Assembly: GCA_004764695.1 (NCBI GenBank)
Contig: SMSO01000005.1
Location: 806,001-870,000, forward strand
Source: Schizochytrium sp. TIO01
Lineage: Eukaryota; Protista; Bigyra: Labyrinthulomycetes
DNA: 64,000 bases
Reading direction: 5' to 3'
In this document: piece after piece, positions 44,730-57,943 of the stretch
Numbering within the stretch: the first letter of the stretch is position 1
Layout of the letters: each line of letters starts with the position of its first letter
Made by a program: the position numbers and the translations under genes
Notes under the pieces: generated by a model
Told to the model about the DNA's origin: nothing
Seen by the model: the letters and a program-made list of their open reading frames with translations, nothing else
Database searches by the model: none

Positions 44730-46544
44730 ATGGGCAACTTTGTGACGTAGGTAACTTGGCTCGGCCTGGATCTCGTGCGTGGGACGCGTGCGACCCAGGG
44801 ACTACGGACTGACTGGCGAGTCCAAGCGCGCTTTTTGGGATACTATGAGCGGCGGACAACCGCCGAGAAGGGTCTTCAGAGGCTGGGAAAGGCATGGATC
44901 GCGAGGTTGCTTGTATAAGCAATAGAAAATGGTCATGAGTTTTAGAGCAGGAGGATGCGAATTGGATCCTGTTGATCTACGCATTGGAATGATTGATTTT
45001 AGGTGTGGCGGTTTGCTTGGCAAAAACTGGAGAAACAGCAAAATTTGATAAATCAAGCAGAAGACTGACTATTGTTATGTTGTTGGAGATGAACGATGGT
45101 GATGTTGAAACGATGGTTGCTCATACATGGGGGATATTGGCATGGTGATTATCGGATCTTATCAACTGGTTTGAATTAACCTTCCGAATACAGTGGTGGG
45201 CCCAATGAGGCTATTGTGAAATCTGGATTCTCTGGTACCAAGGTGGCAGTTGGTCGAACCACCTTCAAACTATGGGTATGCCAGCAAGTTGCTCGACTTC
45301 CTCTAGAGCTTATGACCATTGAGATCCAATCGACGCAAGCAGAAACGGCTAAGGGTGTCAGAGTACGAGTGAAAGCTGTAGCACAAGTAAAGGTGAACGC
45401 GTGGCATATGAGCGAAGAAGGCACTCGCGGCGAGCTGGACGAGGCTAGTATCCTTCTCGCCGCCCAACATTTCCTCGGTGATAACGAAGATACTATTCGC
45501 AATGCCTTACAACGTACTTTGGAGGGTCATCAGCGCCAAATCTTAGGTACTCTGACCGTTGAAGAACTATACAAGAACCGGTCTGCATTCTCTGAAAAGG
45601 TAAAAGAACACGTACTCGATGATTTGCGCGCGATGGGCTACGGTCTGGCATCGTACGTAGTTCAAGAAGTTGATGATGCAAATGACTACATGGTCAGCCT
45701 TGGAGTTACCCAGACTGCAATCGTAAAACGCGAAGCTGCTGAAGGCTCAGCTAAAAATGAGGCAGAAGCTCGCAAACGTGTTGCTGCTTACAAAGCTGAT
45801 GCTGACATGGCTGAAGCGATGGAATTTCAGCGCGCTCACGTTGCAGTGAATCAACAGAAGGAGGCAGAAGCCGAGTCAGATCGTGACTTGCAGCTGAAGC
45901 GTGCTGCGTATGATCGTGAGGTAAATCAGGCTCAGGCCGAGGCTAGCAGTGCTGGACCAATTGAGGAGGCTAGGCAGCAGCAGAGTATTGTTCGTGAGCA
46001 GACCCGTCAGCTGCAAGTAGAGGAATCTATCAAACTGGAGATTGCAGATCAAATTGTTGAGCGTACCAAGAAGGAGCGGGAAGGTGAGTCTCTTGCCAGA
46101 CTGTTGGAGCAGCAAAACCAGGCCAAGTCCATTACGGTAATTGCGAATGCTGAGGCAGACAAGGTCCGCGCTATGGGTGAGGCCCAAGCTGATGTCATTC
46201 GCCTCAAGGGTGAGGCAGAAGCCAAGGTTCTCCAGACTAAGGCAGAGGCTTACAAGTTGTACGGCGAGGCAGCAATTGTACAAATGGTGGTTGAGCAGCT
46301 TCCTGAACTTGCTGCGAGAATCGCAGAGCCGCTGTCCAAAACTGAGAAAATGGTCTTTGTGTCATCCGATGGCAATGCTGCGTCAGGATTTACTGGTGAT
46401 GTAACACGGATGATTGGCCAGCTTCCTGGTGCTGTGCATGGTCTCACAGGTTTTGATATGGTGGAGGCCGTAAAGCGTCTGGCTGGGCAGCCTGAGCGTC
46501 CTGGTGAAAATGGACGACGCGGTGCGCGTGCTCATGATATCTAA
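44730..46544 (+). CDS. FLOT: Flotillin (SPFH/band-7 + flotillin coiled coil), 2 exons
   Basis: Exon 1 44730-44746, intron 44747-45193 (GTAGGT...ATACAG), exon 2 45194-46544, giving MGNFVTGGPNEAIVKSG. Motifs TLEGHQRQILGTLTVEELY, AEA repeats, KAEAYKLYGEAA, IAEPLSKTEK. Confidence 0.95.
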
Positions 46545-47399
46545 AGCGTCCCATGAATCAACAGATGACTTAAAGTCTCATGTTTATGCCAAATAAGGCA
46601 ATCAGCAAGACGGGTTTCTCTTGCTGTTCGTAGGGTAATTTCGCTTATAGTTTTTAAAATTAAGATAAAATATACCATCAAATTTCGGTGATCCTCGCCT
46701 CTCCTCGTTAGTTAGGAAGACACTTGCATAGGTGATTATTTCGACCTCCCTTTTTTTTTTCACCGAGTTGCCACCTTATTCTACGCTCAAGTTAGTAAAC
46801 ATAGTTGTTGAATTTTTGTATCATCAGTATGTTGACCATTCTTACAATTTTATTGGAACGGATAAACCTAGTCTGCGTTGGGTTTCTTGTAAAACTCTCT
46901 CTCTCTCTCTGCACACAAGCAAAACTTCAGGTGGGCATTTTGGAAACGCCGCTTGTCTGTCTTATTGGACCTGCTGAAAGGGGGGGATTATAAAACGGGA
47001 CGCTGGCTAAGGAAGACGTGGCTTAGAAACGCGAGTTCTAATTATTGCGTTTAAGAAGAACACTTTGGAGTATACAATTAGTTGACCTAGAATATTTATC
47101 TCGAAGGGAGAATATCATGAACCCAAATGGTTTTGCAAAACATGGAAGACCTACAGAGACTTCCTGCTATTCAAAGATCAGTGCTAGGCTGACTTATCAT
47201 ATTCTTGTGTATAAATCATAAGCATGGTTCAAATATTGATATCAATTAGTTTTAAAATGTGTATTCTTTTGCAATCCGTAGGCTTACAAGGAACTATCAG
47301 AGACTGTTGCAGTATTGAAACTTCATGTCTTGCTGGAAGGGTGGCCAATCTAACTTAATCTTGCTTTCTTGATGAGATATATATCTGGCTGACGATGAC

Positions 47400-49950
47400 G
47401 ATGAAGGCAGGAAGCTAGATGAGGGCTCTAAGGGAACTCAAGAAAGCATGATGATCTGTGGATTTAAGAGTTAGCGAACTGCTGTCCTTGGAATCCAATT
47501 CCAAGGCAGACTACTTTATGTTGTAATTAAGAAACTAAGATATTCTTGAACGGTGTTAGAGATGCTTGATGAGGATAAGTTAATTCAACCTCTTCAGGCA
47601 TCGATTCAAGTTGCACTATAGCTGGATATAGGTAATGTACAGTCACACTTTTGGTTCTTGACGTTGGCAGCCACATGAATCTGGCTGTCTACTCTTGCTC
47701 TATTGTACGCCCTATGTCTGCGAGGGTTTTACAAAGGGACACCAAGAACTCTAGCAACGTTTTTTCAACTAATTCTTCTAGCTGGAGATATCAGCAATCC
47801 TGGCAGAATATTTCTTACCCAAGAATTAAATGACAATTGGTCGAGAGTGAAAATTCTCATTTGTGACATAATAAAATAAAAATATGCGTAAATGCTGTCG
47901 AAAGATATCAAATTTTGTGTGGGCAATAGAGTTGACGACCTGTTACATATTCAAACTATGTTCAAATCATGCTTACAGTAGATTACTTCTGCCTTTGCAT
48001 CATGAAATAAGCTCTCCAAAAAAAAAGAGCTCAGTTTTAGCTGCTAATTCCTTGATTGCCTTACGGCTGCTGGGATGAAATTGTTCATAGTGCTTAGATT
48101 ATAACGGGCTACATTATTCTCACAGAAAATTTGGGATAATTTTACATCCACGCAATATATTTATTTGATATCTCATGATCAATTTGCAGAGCTGCTAAGA
48201 TCGACAGTTAGCATCGCTAGAGTTGTAGCAGCTCAATTGTAAAACTCTCAGCTTATATGGAGGTATACGGAAATAGGATGGCTTGGACAAAATTTTCAAG
48301 CAATCAGGTCAGAAGAGAGAACTAATATTCAAGAGCTCTTCATATTATAAATGTGCAAAACCAAGCCAACGGTTGGTAATTTGTAGAATACCTAATCTCG
48401 AATGGTGTCCATGAGCCATGGCTAAATTCCATAATGCTTCGGATATATATTATGTTCACTGTAATGATTGAACGACCTGGAATACTCTACCCCTAGATCG
48501 CTAACTCATAAGTCAGGTGTCCTTAGCTTTCAGTTGTACCTTTACTCAGTCCAAACCTCTACCTGTAAACTAGATCTTTATTGGTCAACCTTCCAGTAAA
48601 TAAATATCAACTTTCAGGAAAAGCCTTGGTGAAAGTTCAGAAGTAAAAGCGCTGAGTCAGGGTCGCACAGGAACTTATCGCTGTAAATTCCAGGGGGGGA
48701 CAAGAGTTACTCTATATGTTTTGTTTTACGGAATCATTGAAAGGGGAACTACAGGGCCTTGGGGAGGTAGGTATATTGATTACAGTTTTGAGTTTGTAAT
48801 TCACCAGACTCTAGAGTTGGTGCATATAGAATTAAGTTATTTCAAGAGTATAGTCCGGGCTAAATCTGTGTTGTAAACGCTTGAATTGGTTTGCCCCATC
48901 ACCTGAATAGGGCCCAATATATTTTAGATTCATCAGTTCAGCTGATATACCTGTATTAGATTGGTCTATGTTCACAGTTTGTAGCCAGAAATTTGGCAAT
49001 TATTAAGCAGATTCCTTAATAAACTATTCAATATAGCTCTAAGTGTTTACCAAGAGTGCGGCCTACACATTCTCACATTTATTTCAAAGATATAGTCTTT
49101 GCCCTTGGGTAAAATTATCAAGGTATGCAGAAAATCCTTGTTCTCAGAGAAGGAAAATGAAATTTGCGTTTCGAAGTCTCTCATGTTCCAAATTCTTGAT
49201 CAAGAGTTTAATTATTTGCACACGTTTGAGCATTAATATGCGGACATGCACTCTTTATGGCCTTAGCTTTAAACCCAATATTGCTCGCATATTGCATTGA
49301 AATGACATATACATGTCAGAGTGTTTTCGGAGTTTAAATTGTCTGCTTTAAAAAATTGGTGATGCCTTGGCCCCAGATATTCGTTCGATAATTTACCAGG
49401 CACTTTGACCATTTAATTAGATAGAATTCATTGGCTTTAACATCGCATAGATTATAATATGCCTAGAAGATAAGCTTTAGCACACGTTTTAATACGTAAG
49501 TTGGTGGACAATCTGCAATCCTGTACCTCAAATATTGCACTCTTAAGGTAATAAAATGAAATGATATTAATTTCGCCTTTGAAAGGTCAAATAGAATGCG
49601 AATTCAATGCTAAAGGTACGAGTACATCACTTATATAGAAGTAGAAGCAATTATAATGCATTAAGATCTTAAGTAAATCAACACAGGTTAACTTACAAAC
49701 ATCACACCAAAAAAGTTGTTGTTGATAAATTGTGTTATAGTAAATATAAATTTTCAAGTACACCTTCAGTCGATTTGGAAAACAGGGTGTTATACATACA
49801 TTGAAGTAAAGGGCGGGACGCTCAGTCACGAACGCATACCTGAAATGAGTTTATCAAACTGACTTAGTTCAGAAGGTTTGGTCTCAATTTGTACCTATAT
49901 ACACAATCAGGATTGATAATTTTAATTCGTACTTTGACATGTTGTAAGGC
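47400..49950 (+). pseudogene. Decayed protein kinase (TKL-like), possibly with upstream transmembrane region
   Basis: Kinase subdomain remnants in canonical order across stops and frameshifts: SQGRTGTYRCKF 48655-90, PNI/FRFIS 48913, QEFNYLH 49201, FKPNI 49268, KIGDALA 49352, DLVQKVWSQ 49861. A hydrophobic quasi-open frame runs about 47418-47878. Confidence 0.6.
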
Positions 49951-51407
49951 ATCTTCATTTCCGAGCAAAAGGGTTTTCGGTATAGTTACACGCAAGGACC
50001 TAAGTCTTTTACCTTTGACACAAAGTTGACTTAAACTCTTCGCTCGTTTGAGATTGTCTTTTATGGCAAATTATAATTGTCTCATTTTTTGTTTAGAATC
50101 GAGAGGATCGACGGGGCTTTAGAAGATCCTTAGACTTGAACACAGAGGATTATGAGTAGGGAAGTACAGAGCAAGGGAATCTAAGTCGTGTAAATAAAAG
50201 ATTCATAAATTTGAATGTTAGTTCAGATGACTGGAGTATTATTCTCAAGCTCCTGGCAATTAATGATTGAATATAAAGTCAGGGTAGTCTTCTCTGTGGC
50301 TATTGCACAACGAAGCAAAGAAGTTTGCGGTTTTCCGAGTAAGTGTTCCGCGTCTCGACACGATGTTCGAGGGTCTAAGCAGAGAAAAGTTGAAACGCAT
50401 ATTTCAATTGATGTGCAAGATTTATCGAGAAAAGGTCTCAGTGGCGGATAAACAAAACTTCGTAATTATTTCTTTTTGATTTTTGAGAGGCGTGATATCT
50501 CATATGATGTTTCCACTGGCTACGTTGGGATGATGTTTTTGAACATTTTGTCCAATTTACAGTAGTATAGTTGGTGGCCGTTCATGAGGCACACTAACAG
50601 CAAATTCACTCCCAGGAAAGTATTTAGAGGCGAGATTAGTCAGCGAGGAACGACTTAGTAACAACTTTAGAAACAATGCAGTGTGTGACACTATAATCTA
50701 CAAGCAAAGTTTTGGCAACGCATGTGACAATTCAATCTTTGGAGACTTTTATGCCGTGCCTATAGTTTTATCTATCAAATATATTATTGTAAACCAACAA
50801 TGCATCCTCGCACGTTTAATTTCATGAAGAGAAGTTGTCTGGAAATGATGTTTCATGATTTAATGGAGAAAAACGGAGTGATTAAGCTGTGCTGGCAGGA
50901 ATGTCTCCTACGAAAAGCTGGTTTTGGGTAATATCTCATCACAAGCGAAAGGTTCTGCGCTGATGGTGGTGGTCAAAGTTTTATTTTTTTACCACAGCAT
51001 AAGTTGAGCTTCAAGTACCAGGCACTTCGCTGTATTGGGATGAAAGCTTTGATGATGGAATTTTGATGGCGAGAGAAAAATATAAATATAATAAATAATA
51101 AAATACTTTTGTGTGCTTCATTTATGATTATCTGACAAGTGGAATGCATCAGAAGCGTCACCTTTACTGCAGCGGTACACCTTACTGACTGCGTTTTCAC
51201 TTTCGAAATCATTGGAAATCTTTGCAGATAGGTGTTGATTAAGTTTTCATCGTAAGTTTCTGAAGGGACAGATATGTTCTATACCAAACGCCAAACCAAC
51301 AGCAACAACAGCTTTCCTACAACTATTCAGTTTGGTAGAGTTTATGTTAGTAGTGTAGTACGTAGGTATCTACCCGTTTGTTTTGACCAAACGCCAGGAA
51401 TTGCATG

Positions 51408-51433
51408 TATATATATATATATATATATATATA
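51408..51433. repeat. (TA)n microsatellite
   Basis: Direct reading. Confidence 0.9.
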
Positions 51434-54400
51434 TGCATAGCGAAAGAAATACTGAGTATCTTGCTGGGGAGAGCGTTGGTTGCCGACTCGATAGAATTAA
51501 AGATCTTGACTTGGCCACCGGTGCACTTTTCTCATTGGTTAAAACCTCCGATGTTGCTGCTGCTGTTGGACTGAAGGTTTCCTCACGCGTTGTATGTCTC
51601 GTTCATCGACTTTGTGCAACGTTGAGCACAATGCGTGATGACCCGAGCATGGCTGTTACGTTAGGATCTAGGGCTAATAATGAATAGGGAAGTACCTACC
51701 TACTACTTGAATTTTTACAACGAAGCACAGCTTCTTAGGTGATGGTACCTGGGATGCGCAATTGTTTTCCCTGCTTCTCGGGCCCTTGTAACTAGGCAGT
51801 TACGAAGTAAATTATGAATAAGATTTCGCCGAGGTTTGTTGCTCTGGCGAGTTTGGTTTAAAAGAAGATGTTCATTTTGGACAATCATCATTGCTTGCTT
51901 GCTGGTTCTATGTATCTAGCAAGCAGGCCATCTTGGTCGATAGAGCCAAGCGGCCGTCTGCCTCGCTGAAGTTATCTCAAGAGGTTTGGACTGCTGGCAA
52001 CATTTAGGCGTCGAGGCAAGGTCGTTCTGTCGGCGGTGTTGGTGCGTGTCACTGTGAAGCGTTAGAGCTGAGCACATCGACGACGAGTGCCTGTGAAGGC
52101 AGCGATCTCCGTTGTTCCTGCGAACTTCGGCAGGAACGGTGCTTCGCAGGAAGGTAAGCTCTTGTTTCTCTTTTAGTACAGCATTCCTTGAAAATCGTAG
52201 AAGTGCTAGTAATAGCTGGAGAGAGTCAAAGAGTAGCAGATGACAAAATCTAGCAGCTCCTTGTACTGATTGCTAAATGTTGCTTTACAAGCGTGTCTAT
52301 AAAATAAATCTAACTAAAATCAACCGCGTCTCTGAAAAGAGTAGTGTCATCTATGGCGACGATGAGAGTACGAACGAGAGCTTAGCGGTGCGTCTCAAAA
52401 GAAGTTCTTGCTGGCGAGCAGGCGCCATATTCTAAAGAGCTAGTTTTCAGGAAGCCTGGATTAGATTTTCTAAGCAGCTTTTTTTAATTAAAACGATGAT
52501 AAAAAGTCAAAGAAAGCAAAGCTCTGCCTCACACTTTTAGCTAAACAACATGTTGAGTGATTTGCAGCGATGAATATCCTCCAAACAGCTTCTTATATAA
52601 ACAATACAAGGCGTATTAGAACTGATTCCATCATTATGCGTGTGGTTTTACCACTTTGGACTCTTCATGTATTATCTATTAGCAAGTTTAGAGAAAAGGC
52701 AACAGCTGTAAACAAAAGAAAAGAAAAAAGAAGAGTGAGTCGTGAGCGCTTTGATAACGTTCATTCCCAACTCCGATTAGAAATGATTTCGAAGCGTTCG
52801 ACAGGCAGCGAGTGTGCATGATCGTGAAATCAGGCGGGTAGATTTGCTCTTCTGGGGGCTTCGTCCTCTCTCTTACAGATCGGTTTTCATTCCTACTTGA
52901 GAGGAAGTCGCCTGAAAATCCTGCTTTGGCTGGCAGCGTGATTCAACTGTGCTGACTGCTGCAACTGTGGTGCCTCTCTCTCTTTCTCTCTCTCTAATTT
53001 TCGCACAAACCAGAATTGGAAAAAGCCATAAACACCTACTACTTACTTACTATCTAGCTTACTGAGTACCTTCCATCAAAGCCATAAAAGAAATAGAAAA
53101 TCAACATCAGGCTTTCGGTTTCTTTCGCTTGTGATCCTGTGTTCCGTGCAATGAGTGTGAGCAGGTGCAAACTCGCTCGCCACTGCAGCACGGTAGCCTT
53201 ACCGCGAGTATTCCAAGAAACCTGCTGGAGTCCGCAACACAGTCTTTCATCTTCAAGGTTCTCATCACAGATCTTCTTATGATCTTGAATCTTGAAATGG
53301 AGATAGACGTAGACAACGGGTAGACATGAATATAAGTAGCAGCTAGCTAGCTGTACATGTCGCTTTTGACAGTGGTATGGGGCCCCTTTCCTCCCACAGT
53401 GTTGAGAGGCGCTCGCTGGAGTCGGTCAATCCTAGAACTAAGGGCCCTCACCCACACCGCTGCAAGAGATTGAAGTTTCCTGGGAGGGGGACTGTGGTGT
53501 TACCCAAATATCTGATTGACCAGCGACTGTGCGTGATGGCCTCTCATTGACCTGCGAGGCTTAGGCTGCCTTTGGTAAAGGGATTTATACGATTCTACTA
53601 TTCTCAACAATTATAGGCATCATCATCATGATAATCATCGTTCTGCTTGAATGATGCTTTGCCCGAGTTCTTGCCGTTTTGCCATTCATTCATTTATTCA
53701 TTCACTCGTGGCTTGATTGTTTTCCGTGCCTTGGAAATGCGCAATTAATGTTTGTAGCTATTTCACATGCATTGGTACTAACATAGGTTTTGTATGTGTG
53801 TATCTACTGAGTCTGTCGCCAGCAAATGTACAAAATGTAGATTACCCGGGTAATGGCGATGCGATAACTTTGAATGAATCGGACAGAACAAAGGGCTCCC
53901 AAGACATACGACTCCAACCTCAGTTCTCCAAACTGTTTGTCTGCTCAGGGACAATTCCAGGTATTTAATTTCCTCGTAGTTGCCCAATAGGCTCACTTGG
54001 AGGCAATCAAATTGGATAAGATAAGCTTCTCGTAAGTTTGTCACTCAAAGCTTGTTATGTTTCGAAACCAATAAAGTAAATGCCATCCAGACGCGACAAG
54101 CTTTTGCCATTTTTCATCGTCCGTCACATGTCGTCTCTTGTGCGGAACTCGACGCTTCCAATCTCTCAAGTTTCTTTACAATAAATTTAAGCTTTGTCTT
54201 CAGTCGATGTCGAATGATTGATTGAATGATTGATTGATTGGTTGATTGATTGAGTGCAGTAAAAGCTCGCGTTGGATGGTTGGTACCTGAGTGATCATTC
54301 CTTCATTCATTCCTGGCTCCAGCAACGTTCCAGCTTTCCCGACTTTAACTCTGAGTTCAATCAACTTTTCCCCAATTTGCAAGGTCTTTGGCCCCGCTTG

Positions 54401-54693
54401 TGAGGGCCGCCCTTCAGAATTGGCGGGCTTCTTTCTACTTCAAGTCGGCCGTCCATCTTCAATAGACGACAGTCCTTATTCCAAAGAACCTAGTGGGCCT
54501 AGTAGGTAGCTAAGCAGCAGTAGCTGGTAGTACGTATTCATTCCATTCTGCCCAAATCACTAAATCCACGGGTATATCTATGTATCTATGTTTTATGTAT
54601 CTATCTTTTATGTATATGTACCTACTTGTGAGCACTCACGCCCTCCCTCACTCACGCCCTCAGGTAGCTAGGTAGGAGGTCTCCTCTCCTTCT

Positions 54694-54845
54694 CCTTCTT
54701 CTTCTTCTTCTTCAAGTTGTTCTTCTTCAAATTGTTGTTGTTCTTCAAGTTCAAGTTCTTCAAGTTCTTCTTCAAATTGTTGTTGTTCTTCAAATTGTTG
54801 TTGTTCTTCAAGTTGTTGTTGTTGTTCTTCTTGTTGTTGTTGTTT
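54694..54845. repeat. Compound (TTC)n/(TTG)n trinucleotide repeat with higher-order units
   Basis: Recurrent TTCTTCAAATTGTTGTTG blocks; would read as poly-E/Q on the minus strand. Confidence 0.85.
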
Positions 54846-55890
54846 TTGCATGATGCACTTCGTCATACCACACTCCCTCCCTCCCTCCCTCCATACGCAG
54901 CCACTAGCCAGCCTTAGCCGTACCTACCTCGTGCGCGACGGAACCTGTGATCCGCAGAGGCGGCGCCACACTCCAACAACTTCAACAAACAACCGCGGCA
55001 GAGGAAGAGAGAGATAGACAGATCGCAGGTCTCTCGAAGGCCTCGCTCGGGAGCCCTGCGAGGAGGCGAGGGAAGCGTAGTCTGTGCTGTCTGTCAACCG
55101 GATTCCATTGCCAGAATGAGTGTATGCGGTTGGCGAGGCCAGGCAGGCAGGAGGAGGGGCTTGGGAGGAGAGCGTGGCATGGCCAAAGAAGCAGTGAGAG
55201 GTCGCGAGAATGAAGAAGAATTCGTTTCTGGAGTTTTGGGGAATCTTGAGCAGAAGAAAAGAAAAGAAAAGAAAAGAAAACTTCGATCGCACGGCGAACT
55301 AAAAGAAGGTCGAGGTATAAAGCTTTGATTTTTGAAAGGCGCGGGGCGCGAAAGTTTCTCCGTCACTGGGAGGCGTTGTTGTTGTTTCGATTTTAAACAA
55401 TCGAAGTCTGTCGATCAGCAACCGATCTTGGGATGAACTTGGTTCTTGAGTGAGTATGATAACTTTCATGGTTTTGAGAAGTATTTTTGATTTTTTAATA
55501 GAAAGATGAGGTTAAAAAATGATGTCGCGCCACAAGCCAAATTTTAAAACTGAGGAAGCACAGGGTGTGAAAAATAATTGGCTAAACATTAAGATTTCCT
55601 CGGTCGTATTCATGCTCTTTCCCAAGTGCCTGACCTATCACATGCGTATAGTAGAGCTTATAAAGCTTCTATAACTTTTATAATCGCGATCCGGACTGGA
55701 AAGGTCTTTCCTTTTCGTAAAAAGAAGTATTACTCGGACAAAAAGTGGGGTTAATATTATTAATATTATTATTATTTTCAGATTCTAGTTCTTAGCTACT
55801 CTCGGATCGCCAGCCCCTTCGACAAGGTATTCTTTTCGCCTTCGTCTGTTCTTCTTCTATTTTAGAAAATAAAATACCTGTACGACAAGC

Positions 55891-55914
55891 GAGAGAGAGA
55901 GAGAGAGAGAGAGA
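55891..55914. repeat. (GA)n microsatellite
   Basis: Direct reading. Confidence 0.9.
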
Positions 55915-56560
55915 AAAGAAGGCTGTTAGTTCTTGTATTTCCCCTCACAGGTTGACTCGAATGGTTCAACTTAAACGAGTTCAGGAAGTTCCCTTTTCTT
56001 TTCACAAGAACTTGATGAGTTCCCTTTTCATTTATCACTATTAAAGCTTACACATGAGTTTCCTGAAAGAGTTTTATAAATTTGTATACATATATATAAT
56101 ATTGGTCACTGTGTGCCGTGTGTTAGCAAGTGCCTAGCAGGTTCTAGTCCACAGTCTGAGGAAGGGTCGCATATTCTGGACTGTTTCGCGGTTGCCTCCG
56201 TCAATTGATAAGTCATTTCTTCTGTACCTAATGTTGTGTTGATTCAAAGCAGAGATTTCTTTATTGCTCAGTCTCTTAATTTTTGGCATTCAAGTGTATT
56301 CAATCAGCAAGGTAGACGGACGCAGCAGTTGCAAAGGCGCTCGGCATCGCGAATCAGCTTCGGTGACGGCGAACGCACAAAGCGCCTTAAATTTCCAGTC
56401 GAACGCATAAGTTAATGACTTGATATCGAAATAAAAACCATCTTTCACTCTGCTCACAAATTCACGCATGCCAAAGAACTTATGGCAAAATACATTCGTT
56501 CATTTCTTCATTCATTCCCCTCTACGACCTATAAGAGGAGCAGCGACAGCCAGCCAGATA

Positions 56561-57090
56561 AAGAAGCAAAGAAGCAACCAAATCAAACTTTCAAAGAAAG
56601 AAACAAACAAAGAAACAATCAAAGAAGCAACCAAATCAAACTTTCAAAGAAAGAAACAAACAAAGAAACAATCAAAGAAGCAACCAAATCAAACTTTCAA
56701 AGAAAGAGAGAAACAATCAAAGAAGCAACCAAATCAAACTTTCAAAGAAAGAGAAACAAAGAAACAATCAAAGAAGCAACCAAATCAAACTTTCAAAGAA
56801 AGAGAGAAACAATCAAAGAAGCAACCAAATCAAACTTTCAAAGAAAGAGAAACAAAGAAACAATCAAAGAAGCAACCAAATCAAACTTTCAAAGAAAGAG
56901 AAACAAAGAAACAATCAAAGAAGCAACCAAATCAAACTTTCAAAGAAAGAGAAACAAAGAAACAATCAAAGAAGCAACCAAATCAAACTTTCAAAGAAAG
57001 AGAAACAAAGAAACAATCAAAGAAGCAACCAAATCAAACTTTCAAAGAAAGAAACAAAAGAAAGAAACAAACAAAGAAACAAACAAAGAG
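56561..57090 (+). repeat. A-rich minisatellite, 10 copies of core AAAGAAGCAACCAAATCAAACTTTCAAAGAAAGA
   Basis: GAAGCAACC starts at 56571, 56624, 56677, 56722, 56773, 56818, 56869, 56920, 56971 and 57022 (periods 53, 53, 45, 51, 45, 51, 51, 51, 51). Confidence 0.95.
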
Positions 57091-57293
57091 TTTTAAAAGT
57101 AGACATGCACCGCTGAAGATTGATTGCAAGGATTACATTCGCTGGCTGTTCGGAAGTGCGTCTGCTCTCACAAAGTCATCCCATCTATCTATACATGGCA
57201 ATCACCGACTCAGTTGTTTCAAAGTTCATGCATACGTACCTTCATTCCTCCAATCATTCATTCATCCATTGAATCAATCATTGAACGAATGAG

Positions 57294-57329
<36 letters not shown>
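57294..57329. repeat. (TCAA)n microsatellite
   Basis: Direct reading; related (GATT)n tracts at about 54216-54252 and 58507-58544. Confidence 0.9.
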
Positions 57330-57825
57330 CCATTCACTCACTCTTCACCCACAAGGCAACTACCTACCTAACTTCCCCTGAGAAGCAGAGAAGCAGAGAA
57401 GCGAGAATAGAGGAGAGGCGCTCGGAATAAATTGCAAAGCCGCCTCCACGCAAGCGCTCTCTCAAGTGCTAAGTCCTACCACATTTCCCTCCAACAAACT
57501 CCAAGTCAAGAAAACCAACAGTCTGGCCATCCAACAGACCTTTTGTGTGTGTTCTTGCGCTCGTGCCCTCCTCCGAGTCGGCCCCGAGTCCTTCGCTCCT
57601 CCCGAGTCTTCGGCGCCAACACTTTTCTGCAGATAAATGAATAGAGATTTTGCCTCCTCTGCGAAGCACCCGCCTACCCCTTACTCTAGGCCGCCTGCTT
57701 TTTTCTCTTTCCCAGGTGCTTCCTCTATACCTGCGAGGAACTTTGCGATCGGGGAAAGCCGTCTCTTCTGTATAACTAGGAGCTTCTTTTCCCTGTTTTC
57801 TTCGGACGGCGCGGCGGTCTCCGAG

Positions 57826-57943
57826 TTTGTTTCAAGCTGTTTGTTTCAAGTTGTTTGTTTCAATTTGTTTGTTTCAAGCTGTTTGTTTTAATTTGTTTGC
57901 TTCAATTTATTTTTTTGTTTCAAGTTGTTTGTTTGTTTGTTGG
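57826..57943 (+). repeat. T-rich ~14-bp tandem repeat (TTTGTTTCAAGYTG)
   Basis: About 7 degenerate copies. Confidence 0.85.

Noticed and set aside
91-46544. Numerous short antisense and alternate-frame ORFs overlapping the main genes
   Set aside because: Shadows of real CDSs caused by codon bias; no independent motifs.
54660-54866. Poly-Q/E ORF on the minus strand
   Set aside because: Explained by TTG/TTC microsatellite; no flanking coding context.
56322-56387. 8-bp stem AAGGCGCT/AGCGCCTT enclosing ~50 nt, tRNA-sized
   Set aside because: No T-loop GTTCRA, D-arm or cloverleaf.
56561-57090. CRISPR-like array (constant ~34-nt core with variable gaps)
   Set aside because: The gaps are short near-identical A-rich variants, not unique spacers. 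No cas genes, and the context is eukaryotic.
56468-57292. 274-aa and 204-aa ORFs
   Set aside because: Open in several frames only because the T-poor minisatellite lacks stop codons; 53-bp units shift frame.
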